In this document: piece by piece, positions 12,901-24,540 of the stretch
How positions within the stretch are numbered: position 1 is the stretch's first letter
Layout: each line of letters starts with the position of its first letter
Assembly: GCA_964187785.1 (NCBI GenBank)
Contig: OZ076409.1
Coordinates: 43,278,001 to 43,342,000, forward strand
Source of the DNA: Amphiscolops sp. MND2022
Lineage: Eukaryota
Length of the DNA stretch: 64,000 bases
Reading direction: 5' to 3'
Notes under the pieces: model-generated
Seen by the model: only the letters and a program-made list of their open reading frames with translations
Told to the model about the DNA's origin: nothing
Databases searched by the model: none
Position numbers and translations under genes: made by a program

Positions 12901-14306
12901 TCCAACTTGATAATTGTTTTCATTTGCTCATTTTGTTTTAGCCCTCAGGGATGGACGATTTGCTTCTTCGGGACAAGGTGTTCGTTGTTCGTCTGTTTGT
13001 AACCCGGAACATTCTCAGTCAGTGTAAGTATTCCCTTCTTATACTCTGGTTTCTATTCTCTTTTTTGCATGTTAAACTGTTTTCCACTCCTAACCGCTCC
13101 TTGTTCTTGAATCGCCAACTCATTTTTCGTTCTCTATTTTAGACAACTCAACTCTTGGTGAGGTGTTCAATTCGAAATCTGGAGGCTTCAGACTTTACAA
13201 CCAGTTTTGTGTGTTTGTTTACACACAACTCCAGAAGATTTTGCCTGATTCCCATCTCGGGCCAATTTCCGATTGGGACGCTTACATGAAAACCAACATG
13301 GACGACCCCACATTGCCCTTCAAATCAGTAGATGACGTCTTGCTCGATCATGACCTGTCGGATTTGCTCAAGACAAGCAAGATTTCAACCCCTCGTCGGT
13401 TTGTGAGTCAGATTGTTCTACAAGTACTTCATCAAGTTATTGTTGACGAACGACATTGCTACTTCCGCTTTCGTACGGTGGCTTTCTGCCTTTGATGAGC
13501 CTGTCGTCAGAGTGGGTCGTGAGGCAGATTACACCGAAGCCATTCAACTCCTCTCCGGATATTTTGTCCAGCAAAAATGGATTGCCCCTAGTGTAAAACC
13601 TGTCATAGTCAGCGAGTACTGTTCACTCGTAACTAAACTGCGCTCTGACAAATTCCTTGCCGCCAAAGATTGGGTAGAGACATTTTCTTGCCATTACGAG
13701 TTACAGAGCCGGGCTGAACTGTTCGACCTGTTCAAAGTTTGTTGTGAAGCGCTTCGTGGGCCTTGCCTTGTTCCTCCTCCGTTTACCGTATCTATTCCTG
13801 GATTACGATCTGATGCATTCGAGTTTTCGTCCTGTGTCAGAAGTTTGCAGTGTTCTTGGCTTCCATCCAGAAGTGTGAAAATTTGTTTTTGTCTCCAACA
13901 GCTTTACCCCGTGCCTTTGAGCTTGTGGAGAGAGTGCCAGGACTTATCCTCAAAAGGAAATTTTCTGTGTGGAATCTCTTATCTTCCACTCATTTCCTCA
14001 AAACTGGCTTGTTGGCATCCTTGGAGGAATATTACGCAAAAAGTGGTTCGGTGGAGGCAAAAGGATGGATTACAACTGACGACAGGTCCAGCTTTTCCCC
14101 TGGGTACGTTTCTAGTACGAGCAGTAAAGACAGTTGCGGAGAGAAAGATTGACTCGACCCCTATTGTGAGTCCTGTGGTTCAGCGCCTGACTGAAGTCCC
14201 GGTTATTCCTGATCGCATGGTTTCGGGTTCAAAACAGAAGAAAAGGAGTAGTGCTATTGTCCTCTTGAAGATAACTCATCTCTTCCCGCAAAGGACGGTT
14301 TTCTGA
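9914..14306 (+). pseudogene. Antisense, intron-containing cargo gene of the Gypsy element; Zn finger plus hAT-transposase-like features
   Basis: Coding blocks ~10234-11619, 11691-12175, 12686-12820, 12942-13023 and 13143-14152/14306 are separated by T-rich gt...ag segments; motif YRCRVCLLELSLMTKGPLEIPHHYRTDAH; several frameshifts; first exon at 9914 is tentative. Confidence 0.65.
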
Positions 14307-14407
14307 TTTGTTTTAAGTACTTTTTGTTTGTATTTACTATTTCATTTTAAAAGAAAAGAAGAAGATGAGAAGTAAGACGACTTGAGATTTGTTGGTCTTT
14401 GTTTTTA

Positions 14408-17400
14408 TTATCTGTATGAGTCTGAAAAGTTAGAGTTTGGGTTAGGTCGTAAATTGTATTTTTCACCACGTGTATTGATAGGGGTTTTTTCTTTTTGAAC
14501 CTCATCATTTTTTTGATTTTCATCTGTATCTCCTGGGGATTTTTCTGCATCAATAGTAGCGTTAGGTTGTATCTCTTGCTGATTATCAATTTCATCAATT
14601 TCATTTCCTGCATTTTCGGTTGGGGTTTCTACATTAGGAACGGTAGTTTGTTCTACCGGGGCTCATCCACTGTTTTTTGACATTTCGAGGGAGGGTGGGC
14701 GGTTTATCGGTACATATACTTGTTTGTCATCTTGTTCGTTATCTGGGAGTTCTGTGTCAAATGGATCTGTTCCAAAGTTTGTACCCCATGTGTGGGCATA
14801 CAGGTCATCGTGTGTTACTAATATGTTGTCATTTTTTGCCAATCTGTTTCTCTGACGAAATTATCTGCTAGTGAAGCACTAGGTGTAAATTTTCTCAAAC
14901 GTATTCGGTGTAACAGTTGTGTTTTGTTTGTCCCTAGCCTTCGTACAAGGTAATTATTGTTAGGTAGGACTTTTTTGACTTTGTGAGGACCTATCCAACG
15001 GAATTCTTGGAACGGAATTTTCTGTTGCTTGTGTGTCTGCCTTCGGGTTCAGTATATAGCAATAGTCTGTTGTAGTAAGCGGTGCTGCTTTTGCCTTGCG
15101 GTCATAGTATGCTTTATATTTTAAGTATGACTGCATGATATTCTTTTTGGTTTGATCATTGAGTATCTCCATTCTGCGTTGTATTTCTTCTGCAATGTCA
15201 GTCTGTGGAGTATACCGTGGGTTAGGATTGTAGCCTAGCTTGTAGTCTAGAATGTTATGTGGTATCCTGCCGTGGAAAACACGGGTGGGTTCACATCCTA
15301 AGCTGGCATGATACGTTGTGTCGTAGTTTAAGACTGCCAGTGGTAGGAATTTGTGCCAAGTATTGCGAAATTCACCTGTAGCTGCTTTCAAATGTGTTTC
15401 TACTGTAGCAGGAGTGCGTTCTAGAATGCCGATTGTTTGTGCATGTTTTGTCGAAGCATGTTTTAGTTCAACTCCAAGCACTGCTGCTACTTCTCGGGTG
15501 ATTTGTGAGTTGAATTGAGTGCCCATGTCAGTTTATATGGTCGTTGGTAAATACGCGTGTTTGCACAAAATGTCCAAAATGACTCTTGCGACTGTAGGGG
15601 CTGTGATTCGGTTTGTTGGGTAAGCAAATAAATATCTTGAGAAGACATCAAATGCTGTTATGATGTTATCAAAACCTCCACTTGGTGGGAGATTAGGTAA
15701 GATGTCCATATGAAGAATATCTTCTGGACAGAGGTCCCATTCTGGACAATTTAGAAGTTCTGTTTTCAGTAAATCGTTATTGATTCGTTTGTTTTGAATG
15801 CACATCTGGCAATTATGTACCCAATTTTTGATGTGTTTTGCTAAGCATGGGTATAAGTATTTCTGTCGCGCTTCTTGTATCATTTTTGTTATTCCAGGGT
15901 GATTTGCATTGTGTCCATGCAATGCCTGTAGGAATTCTTCGAGAAGTTGTTTCGATACGAGTATTTGGTAGTGTGAGATTTGTCCAATATCATTGTAGTA
16001 TTTTCGTGCAAGAATGTCTTGGCGAATTTCGATGCGGGTTATGTTTTGTAGGTAATGTTGGTAGCCATTGTCTTGTGTGAACGCTGATTCATCAAAAGGT
16101 TCACCTTTTATTTTTGCTCTGAGATGGCGAAGGACTGGGTCATTATTTTGTTCGAGTCGGATTTTTGCGTTGTCTCGAAAGTGTCCTTCCCGATAATCTA
16201 TTGTTCCAGCAGTTGGTTTATGGAAATTTTGTAATTCAGTTGTTTCATTTTCCGGTTCATTGTGTGTTTATGTTTGTGACTGATTTCTGATATTGTCTTT
16301 TTGTTCCCAAAGTGTTTTTTTATCATTTTCATTGTATGGGTGGATGTGAATTTGTTCTTCTTCGGCTATGCCAGAGGATTGGATATTAACCTCGATAGCT
16401 TTTGTTTGTATGTCGTTGCGTAAATTCATTTCAAGGTTTTCTGTCGGATTGATTTCCGTTCGCGACAAGGTGTCCGCATTCATTGCTCCTGCTACGTGTG
16501 CTATGACGAAATTATACTGCAGGACGTAGTCGCATGCGTTCCATAGTGCTGGAGGAATGATTTTTGTTTGGAAAAATCTTGTGACTGCTCGGTTGTCAGT
16601 AAAAACAATTACGGGAAAAGTACTTCTCCACATTAGATGTCCATTTTCTGAGAAAGCAAAGAAGATAGCTAAAAACTCCTTCGCATATACTGACATTTTT
16701 AATTGGGTGGGGTTGAAAGTTTTTGAACCAAATGCAAGTGGGGCGTATGTTTTGCGTTTTGATTGTAGTTTTTGTTGAGGGTCGTCTTCAATCATAATCG
16801 CATATCCTGCAGCTAAAAAACTTGCATCTGGCATGACGATTAGTTGTTCGTCTTTGAGTGGTTGTTTGAGTGCCATTTGGCAAGATTGGAGTAGGAGGTT
16901 GTTCAACTGTTCAAAATTGTTTGTATGTTCAGTAGAAATGTAGAATTTATTGGTTTCTTTCAGCAGTTTGAAGAAAGGGGTGAGTCGTTCCGAAAGGCGT
17001 GGTATATAATTTCTGCAATAGTTCAGAAAACCAATATACCTTTGAAGGCCTTTTTTGGATTTTGGGAATTAAAGTTTCGCTAAGAAATCTTTGACTTTTT
17101 CTACTTGGGAAGAAACTCTTTCAGGTGTAATCGTTCTTCCCAGGAAGTCGACTTGTTTCACTCCAAAATGGCATTTTGACATTGACAATTTCAGACCTGC
17201 GTTCCGTATACAATCAAAGACTGCTCGGATGTTTATACACAGTTGTGACACTGTGTTTGCTGCAATTCCGATGTCATCGACGTATTGGGCGCATTGGTCT
17301 GCTTTGATGAGGGTGTCTAAGTATTCTTGTATGAAACTGGAGAATGCTGATAGTGATCGACTAAGGCCTTTTGCTAAACGCCGATACGCAAAGGTTCGGC

Positions 17401-19200
17401 TAGCAAAGTTAAAGGCCAACATCTGAATTGATTGGTAATCTGCCATCTGAAGGCATTGATACGCTTGTGAACAGTCAAGTTTGAAGAATAATTTCTTTCC
17501 TGCCATATGTTGGGCTGCATCGGAAAGTGTACTGACTGGGTGGTTGTTGTTTACGTAGTCTTCGGAGATGAGATTATTTATTTTGCGCAAGTCGACTAAG
17601 AGTCGCAATCGACCATTAGATTTTCGTTGCGCAGAATGGGACTTGCATATTTAGAGAAAGGTAGAGTTGTTATTATACCATACTTGTGAAGTAAGGCAAG
17701 TTCTACCGTGATGTCGTCTTTTAGGTTGATCGGTGTTGGAAGGCTTTGGCTATATGCTGGTCGGTCATCGTTTGGTGTGAGTTTGACTTTGAATTCTCTA
17801 TTTGTTCCAAAGTCAAACATGTGTCGGGCGAAAATATCGTGAAATTCAACTAGCAGTTTTTCCACTTTTTGTCGTTCAAACAGTGTGAGTGTTGTGTCAC
17901 TCCAGTCAAAATTGTCAAGAAATGTTTTGCGTGATTGTTCGTCGTCTTGTGGGTTAAGTTTTTCTAGTGTTTGAAGTTCCACTAGTTCATCAAATAGTCG
18001 TTTCTGAATGGGTGTGTATGTTGTGGGGTCTCCGGGTTGTTCCAGTGTTGGAAACCAGTTTTGTTCCGTTTTGTCTTCTTTGTTGTTTACTTTTAGAAGT
18101 TCATTGAGGTATACATCTGTAACTTCAGTATGTTGATGCATGATGATTGTTAGCATTGAAGGGTTGACTGACTTGATACATTTTAACTGTTCTGGGGTTA
18201 AAACTTGAAAGACGGCTAGATGTGTGTCTTTTATGATTGTACAGGGTAGTTTTGAGAAATTACAGATCTGGTATCCTACTGCGTTATTGTTGACTGTGCA
18301 GAGGGAAGACACAAGGAAAAGTGTGTCATGATCTTCAAGGTGCGTTGATGGCGTTACTATGCCCGTTGCATCCTGTTCTATCAAGTGTGGCATTCTGCTT
18401 GCAATAAGCATGGTTTCACCCGGTTGCAGTGTGTATGTTGCCTCTGCAAGTAATGGTGTTGATTGTCGTGTTAGAAGATTGTGATCTGGTTTCAACTGCA
18501 TTGATAAATGCGGAAAAGTTAATACTCCTTGTCGGATGTCGAAAATGGCATTGTTCCTTTTTAGGAAAAAAAGTCCAATGAGGGGATTCGGTATGACATT
18601 GAATTTTTCTTTGAACAAAAAATCTGCCACTTCAAATGTTAGGCAGACTGTTCCGATTGGCGTTTCCAATTATCCGTTTGCTACCAGGTTTTGGAAAATG
18701 GGTGCAGGACCTGTATCTGTTATTGCCTCGGGTGCAAGAAGTTTGATCTTATTTAGATCTTTTGTTCCAATATTGCACTCGTGAGAGCTCCAGTATCGAT
18801 TAAGCCGTCAAGTGTAAGCTTTTCAAAATCCATCGGGAAGTAATACATATGGCGTTTCTTTTTAGAGTCAGGTTGGTTGATAGGAGAAGCATTGGTATAT
18901 CTGTTTCTTTACTAATTGTAAGATGATTTTGAATTTCATCTTCTATGAGGGGTAGTTTTTGTGTTGATGCAGGTTCGATTGGTATTTCTGTCTTGTGTTT
19001 GGAGAGGTTCAAGATTGTTTTTCGGAAGAGGTTCTGGTAATTTTTGTGGTGAGGTTTCGTGTTCAGATTCAAACAGATTTTCTGGTTTTTTTTCGTAACT
19101 TATGTCAAGATGTGTGGTTATGTATCTGTCAGGGGCATCTCTGTATATTTCATACAAATCGTCCTCTGATTCGTTTTGTTGAGTTCCTGGAGTCTGAGAG
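14408..19200 (-). pseudogene. pol: Gypsy pol (protease, RT, RNase H, integrase), frameshifted
   Basis: LIDTGA protease (~18800); RLLVDLRKIN, LDCSQAY, YVDD RT (17069-17608); DAS...KEFLAI...TDN RNase H; HPG...CQMC and MDI...DVFSRY integrase; ends YNLRPNPN...YR*. Confidence 0.93.
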
Positions 19201-19393
19201 TCGGTGTGTTGTGTGAAAGTGTTTTTGTTGGGTGAGGAGTTGGATGCTGCCAGTCATCTTTCTCCTCTGATTTTGTGGGGCGTGGGTTCATTAGTTTAAA
19301 TCCTTCGATGATGAAGGTTGTTGACGGGGTGCTTTCGGGTTAATATGTTTGTTGGAGTTTTGTAACTTTCAATGAGTTTTTTCTGTGCTTCGG

Positions 19394-20963
19394 TTAGTGT
19401 CCACTTCGGGGGCGGTTTTCCATATTTGCTCCAAAGTAGCATGTTGATTCCTGATGTCCTGGTGCGTTACAATGCGTACAGCGTATGGCATCAGGGTCTT
19501 CTTCCAGCTTACGACGTTTTGCTAGTTTAGCGCAGTCTGCTGCCTTGTCCCCCGTAATTTTACAGTAAAGATTTTGGTCATCTTGCAATGTATTGTTGGG
19601 CACTGTTTTTGGCGTTTGTTGCTTCTTTTTTGTTGTTGCAGTTTTCTGCTGCGTTAGTTTGTCTTCTGCTTGTTTGTTGATTGCCGTCAATTGCGTTTTA
19701 AGGCCAGTGTCTTCTGATTCAAGTCCGTTTAATTCCGTCTCACGTTCGAGATGTCGGACTATTTGCTCGTATGTTACTTTCTCAAGGTAAGCTTGATTAA
19801 TAGAACGTTTCAAGTGTGGCGGCATTTTTGCATATAATAGACTTGCTATCATTTGTGATGCAATGTCACCGAAGGCTTTTTCGGCGCTTTCTTGTAATTC
19901 TTTTAAGAAGTCTGGTAGTTTTTGGCGTTCCGGGTCAAAAACCAAGCGATGAAATCTATGTTTTGCGGACGCACTAGATTCAGGCTTGACATATTTTTTA
20001 CGTAACACTACCAGTATGTCTTCAAGCGTAGTTGTTGGTGTTCGTTGGATGTTTTTGAATGTTTTCAATGCTAATCCACGCAAATGTGCGTGAAAATGAT
20101 TTATTTTCAATTCCTCAGTTAATGTGGGTTGCATTTGGAGTGTTGTGTGGAAAAAATCTTCAAAAAATTCAAATTTCTCGTTCTTTTTCAATTCACTTTT
20201 GAATGTGAGTGTATTTTTTGGGTGAAAGAGTGATGGTTGTGTGTTGCGGCTTGCCAGTTTCTCAATAGCCATTGCTATTTGGTTAACGGGGTCTTGCTGA
20301 ATATTAAGTGGTTCAGCAATCAGATGTCCATTGTGTGTTGTTGTGTTGTTTGAGTTTTGACGATGAAGTGGTTTGATAGCTCCTGTCACCATGTGATACT
20401 CCTCTCCTGTGCGGTCCTCATTTATGACCACAGAGTCATTTAGATCAATGTTTTGCATGCTCAATGGTTGTATTGGCGTTCTAAGTTCGTTTAAATTAGA
20501 TGGCCTGAAAGGATTATCCTGTATTTCACATTCTTGATTTTCTGGCTCAGATGCGTTTTCTTCACCGTCCTGTCCTCTTTACTTGCGTATTTTGAAGTTC
20601 CTGCTCTGGAAGTGTTTTGTTCGCCATATCGTCTGTTCGGTACAGATTGTGTTTTTCTGGTAGTTTTCATCTCTTTCCGTATTTTCTCTAGTTTTTCATT
20701 CATTTTTTTCCTTAGGTTTGCTACTTCTTCGTTCGTTTTATCTGATATTCTCTGGGTTCAAATTTGCATTTCATTTTCATTTTGTGTTCCACTGTCTAGA
20801 GCTATTTCTTCGTCCCTAACTGAACTAACATTTTCAAAATTACTTGAAGTTTCGATAACAGTTTCATTACCTTGTGATGTTTCTATTTCGAATGTGCTCA
20901 ACTCTCTCTCTCAAGTGAGCGTGATTGTCCTCGTCTAGATCTTCTATTTCTCTTGTTACCCAT
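19394..20963 (-). pseudogene. gag: Gypsy gag; the N-terminal ~188 codons lie inside the 5' LTR
   Basis: ORF 19394..20464 with a C-terminal CTHCNAPGHQESTC knuckle; the frame extends upstream to ATG 20963 (MGNKRNRRSRR...) across a 2-nt GA slip, one TGG>TGA stop and a 5-bp duplication. Confidence 0.8.
20375..20391 (-). promoter_or_regulatory. Primer-binding site (PBS)
   Basis: TGGTGACAGGAG... directly after the LTR terminal ...TATCACA; resembles a tRNA-Leu-type PBS (TGGTGTCAGGAG), but the tRNA identity is not verified. Confidence 0.65.
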
Positions 20964-21891
20964 TTTAGTCAGGTTAAAATGCTGTTTCGGAGAGAAGAAA
21001 TTCCATTGGAATGATGAGCAAAGTAGAATTAGGTTGAAATAAAGTTGAAGAGAATGCACATAATGTTAAGTTATCAAAGTTGAAACAAAGGTTGTGAGGA
21101 TGAGAAGAAAGGTCTAATCAGTCTGAAAGTTTTCTGTTGACTGAATATTATTGGGTTTCTTACACTCCTTTTTGATTCGGCCTGAATTTAGCAGCATGAC
21201 AACCAATTTTTGAAATGTCACGGTTACATCACGATTATGCGATCACTAAAACTATTACCCAATTTGATATAAAAAAGGTTTGTAAGTTACATCACTTCTA
21301 TAAATAGATTCCTGCATGACGAATATTTTCCTGCATTTTGATTGGTCATTACACTGGCTGTACCAATCCGTTCATCGTTAATGAGAAAAATGTGGCACCA
21401 CGTAGTATGACTCATATGTAGTGCAAGTGTTTATTCCAACATATTACTCCATGCGTGATCAGATTGTTATGATGAATCATACTCTCAAATGCTATGATTA
21501 AGAATATTGAAAATGTGAATATGTACTGCAAGATGCTGTAAACTTAGTACAGCAATTCAATTCAAATACTTGAGTCAGTATGCGTTAATGTTACATAGAA
21601 GCCACGTATAATTTATTCTTTTCACAAGAATTCGCAAAAAACAGTATTATGCGTCGAATAAGTTAACACCATGTAACATCTGGTAAATCTTGTATGAATG
21701 AGTATTGTTTTACAAATATGGCTAGCAACAATAGCAAACAAATTCAGACATAGCTGATAATCAAAAGTTATTATAAATCCATACAATATAAGTTTCATGA
21801 AGCGATGAGTTTTCTCTGATTTCACTGCAGATGGGTGAGTCATTTGCCTTCAATGCTGCACCGCGGATCCAACGCAACCTCTAGGCTGACA
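20392..21891 (-). repeat. 5' LTR of the large Gypsy element
   Basis: Direct repeat of 6253-7754; adjacent to the PBS; TSD TCCTC on the right. Confidence 0.88.
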
Positions 21892-22596
21892 TCCTCATTT
21901 AGAGCTCCGAGGCAACGTGCCAGCACCTTTGAAGTCCGGACACGTCCCCCAAGCACGTGAAAAACTATTCCTATATACTGCCGAGGTCCAAAAAGTCAAT
22001 CAGCTGAAATTAATTATATTGGATCTAAAGGTGATAAAAACAAACGATCTAGCATATCACACATCACCAAATACTTGAAATCTGTAGCAAAACAATAAGA
22101 AATATTACAATAAGCCGATATTACATCTACAACAGTCTCAGTGAGTTTTGTGTCTCCATTTGCACAAAAGTTGCACATTTCTTCAGATCTCGGGGGTATC
22201 TGTATTCTCTTCTGAACTCAAGATGGTACTCACTGGGGCTGTGTTTCTCATTCGGGAAAGATATGTAGTCTTTCTCTGTGAATTCTGGGAGTTTTTCAGT
22301 CTTTTTCTGCTTATAGGGAAACCTCTCTGTGTGTTCCTCGTGAACCGTCTTCTTGACTGATTTTGGGTACTGTCAGGTCGGCCATGTCAAAACTAAAATT
22401 TTTCAAAAAAATTGAACAGGGGCCTTGAAACTGGTGGACGTTACATAAGGTCTACAACAAGGTACACTTTATGAAGTGTGTTAGTCTATCGATGAGCGCA
22501 CGAGGCTCATATTCCGAATGTTGTAGTTTCCGACCTACCAATTCTCGAGTTTCTACAAAAGAATGTCGTATAGGGACTAGCATATTACTTGCACCA

Positions 22597-23081
22597 GGTA
22601 TGCGGAAAACTCGTCGAAAACAGCTCGCCGAATGCAACTCGTCGAAAACAACTCGTCGGCGGAAAACTGGTCGAAAATTAACTCGTCGAATGATAATTAA
22701 GTGCAAACTCGTCGAATTCTTACAGGTTACCCACTGCGATGATTCAGTTCTAATTATGATTTAATTTTCGTTAATTGATGCGTAAAATCTTAAGTTTTAC
22801 GCAGAATATAGCCCCTTTTTAGTTATATAATTGCTTGAAAGGATTCACTTTTATAGTTTACAGTGTAATACTTCATAATAATTTAGAACTCCATAACACG
22901 GTATGATCACAAAGCTAGCACTATATTTGCCTGAGATTATTTTCTATTCTTGCGACGAGTTTTCCGCCGGAGAATTTTCGGCGAGTTGCTTTTCGACGAG
23001 TTTTCCGCCTAGTATTTTCGACGAGTTGTTTTCGGCGAGTTGTTTTCGACGAGTTGTTTTCGACGAGTTTTCCTAGATTCC
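22597..23081. mobile_element. Foldback MITE (Mutator-like) with ~15-bp subterminal repeats
   Basis: Inverted arrays of aaaactcgtcg / cgacgagtttt; CTTGCACCAG duplicated at 22588-22597 and 23081-23090. Confidence 0.8.
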
Positions 23082-23716
23082 TTGCACCAGAAAGCAGCCA
23101 AGAAGAATGTATGCTTGCAAACAAAAAAATAATATTGCGAATTCTAAAAAAAATATTTCAACATTAGCATTTGACATTTATTAGAGTCCTGAAAACAACT
23201 ATTTCGAAATCAAAATTAGTCTTGCCATTGTGGCATTTCTGACAGAAAGAATTCGTTTCACTTCATCAAAAATGCAAAGAAAAAGTTGAGTTTTTTTATG
23301 AGTACTAAAGCATTCAGTTTTCAACCTTTCTTTGATTAATATAAAAGTGATCTCGATTGATTTGAATACATTTTGTATAATTAAAAAAATTCCAATGTAA
23401 CCTTGACAAATTTCTATGCCTTGTCGTCCTACTAAACTTCTGAGCCCTGAGCGTCACCTTTTGATTGTTCACCACAATTGATGGTCTTAAAAGCCCTTGC
23501 TAGGCTCGAAAAAAACTGTCGCGTGGGTTATTCGGGGCTTTCGGAAATCAAAATGACGCAACTATACGAGACTATTTTTTCTCCAGCCTCATTCCAAGTT
23601 TTTAACTTTTCTGGTCAATTTGTTAACTTTCAAACTTTTCTGGTACAATTCTAAAATGCATTTGAAATGTGCCAAAACTGATTCAAACAATTTACAAGCT
23701 ATATGATACCGAAGGG

Positions 23717-24540
23717 CGGGAGGCGGAAATTTCGTCGCCAGAAATTTCGTCGTCAGAAATTACGTCGTAGGAAATTTCATCGTATTAGCAAATCCAGAAA
23801 TTTCGTCGTCAGAAATTTCGTCGTCTGAATTTTCGTCGTATTGATTAAAATTAACAGCGTTAACGAAAAGACATCATTTTAATTATTCAATTATTAAGTT
23901 ATTAAGTTAGATCTTAAGAACACGTTTCAGTTTGACAACAAAATGGGATCAAAAAGTTAACTGCATCTAAACAACTCATCAAGAAGGTTATTGAGCAATG
24001 GTATACCTATTTTCAGTCCTACCGGTGGAACTACTCACCGGGGCTTCACAATACAATTTAGGCTTGTTCCAGGGGTGAATTTTTGTTTTTTTAATCATTA
24101 TTTTAAAAATCATGGTAATTTTTGCTTTAAGTGTCGAAACGAATTCGTGTTGGGGGGGGGGGGGTGGGTTTAAGACAAAAGGTGTATCTGGGGGTATAAA
24201 GAACATGGTCCGAAACTGTTTCTCTCAAAACCATAGCTAAAAGTAGTCAATGATAGCAATAATTGCACAATTATCGATAAATATTAAGATAATTATCAAG
24301 ACTCGATAATTATTAGGACTCAATGATAAAACGATTCCTAAAAGATTAGAGAAAATGCGACGGTTTATAGAACGTAATCACCGACGACGAAATTTCTGAC
24401 GACGAAATTTCCGACGACGAAATTTCTGGCGACGAAATTTCTGACGACGAAATTTCCGACGACGAAATTTCCGACGACGAAATTTCCGACGACGAAATTT
24501 CTGACGACGAAATTTCCGACGACGAAATTTCTGGTAATCT
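23717..24540. mobile_element. Foldback MITE with 15-bp tandem arrays (gacgacgaaatttc[t/c])
   Basis: Left array 23725-23840 and right array 24381-24532 are inverted; partial flanking duplication gaaggg; exact ends uncertain. Confidence 0.7.

Larger units (their letters stand above)
6253..21891 (-). mobile_element. 15.6-kb Ty3/Gypsy LTR retrotransposon with accessory cargo genes (decayed)
   Basis: ~1.5-kb direct repeats 6253-7754 and 20392-21891 with TG...CA ends; 5-bp TSD TCCTC at 6248-6252 and 21892-21896; TGG-initiated PBS; gag then PR-RT-RH-IN on the minus strand. Confidence 0.9.

Noticed and set aside
7711..14306. env gene in the post-pol region
   Set aside because: No sense-strand ORF with a signal peptide, furin site and TM anchor is visible; the larger unit is antisense and spliced
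20534..20938. Hydrophobic plus-strand ORFs in the LTRs (also 6270-6718)
   Set aside because: They are antisense shadows of the Lys/Glu-rich gag N-terminus
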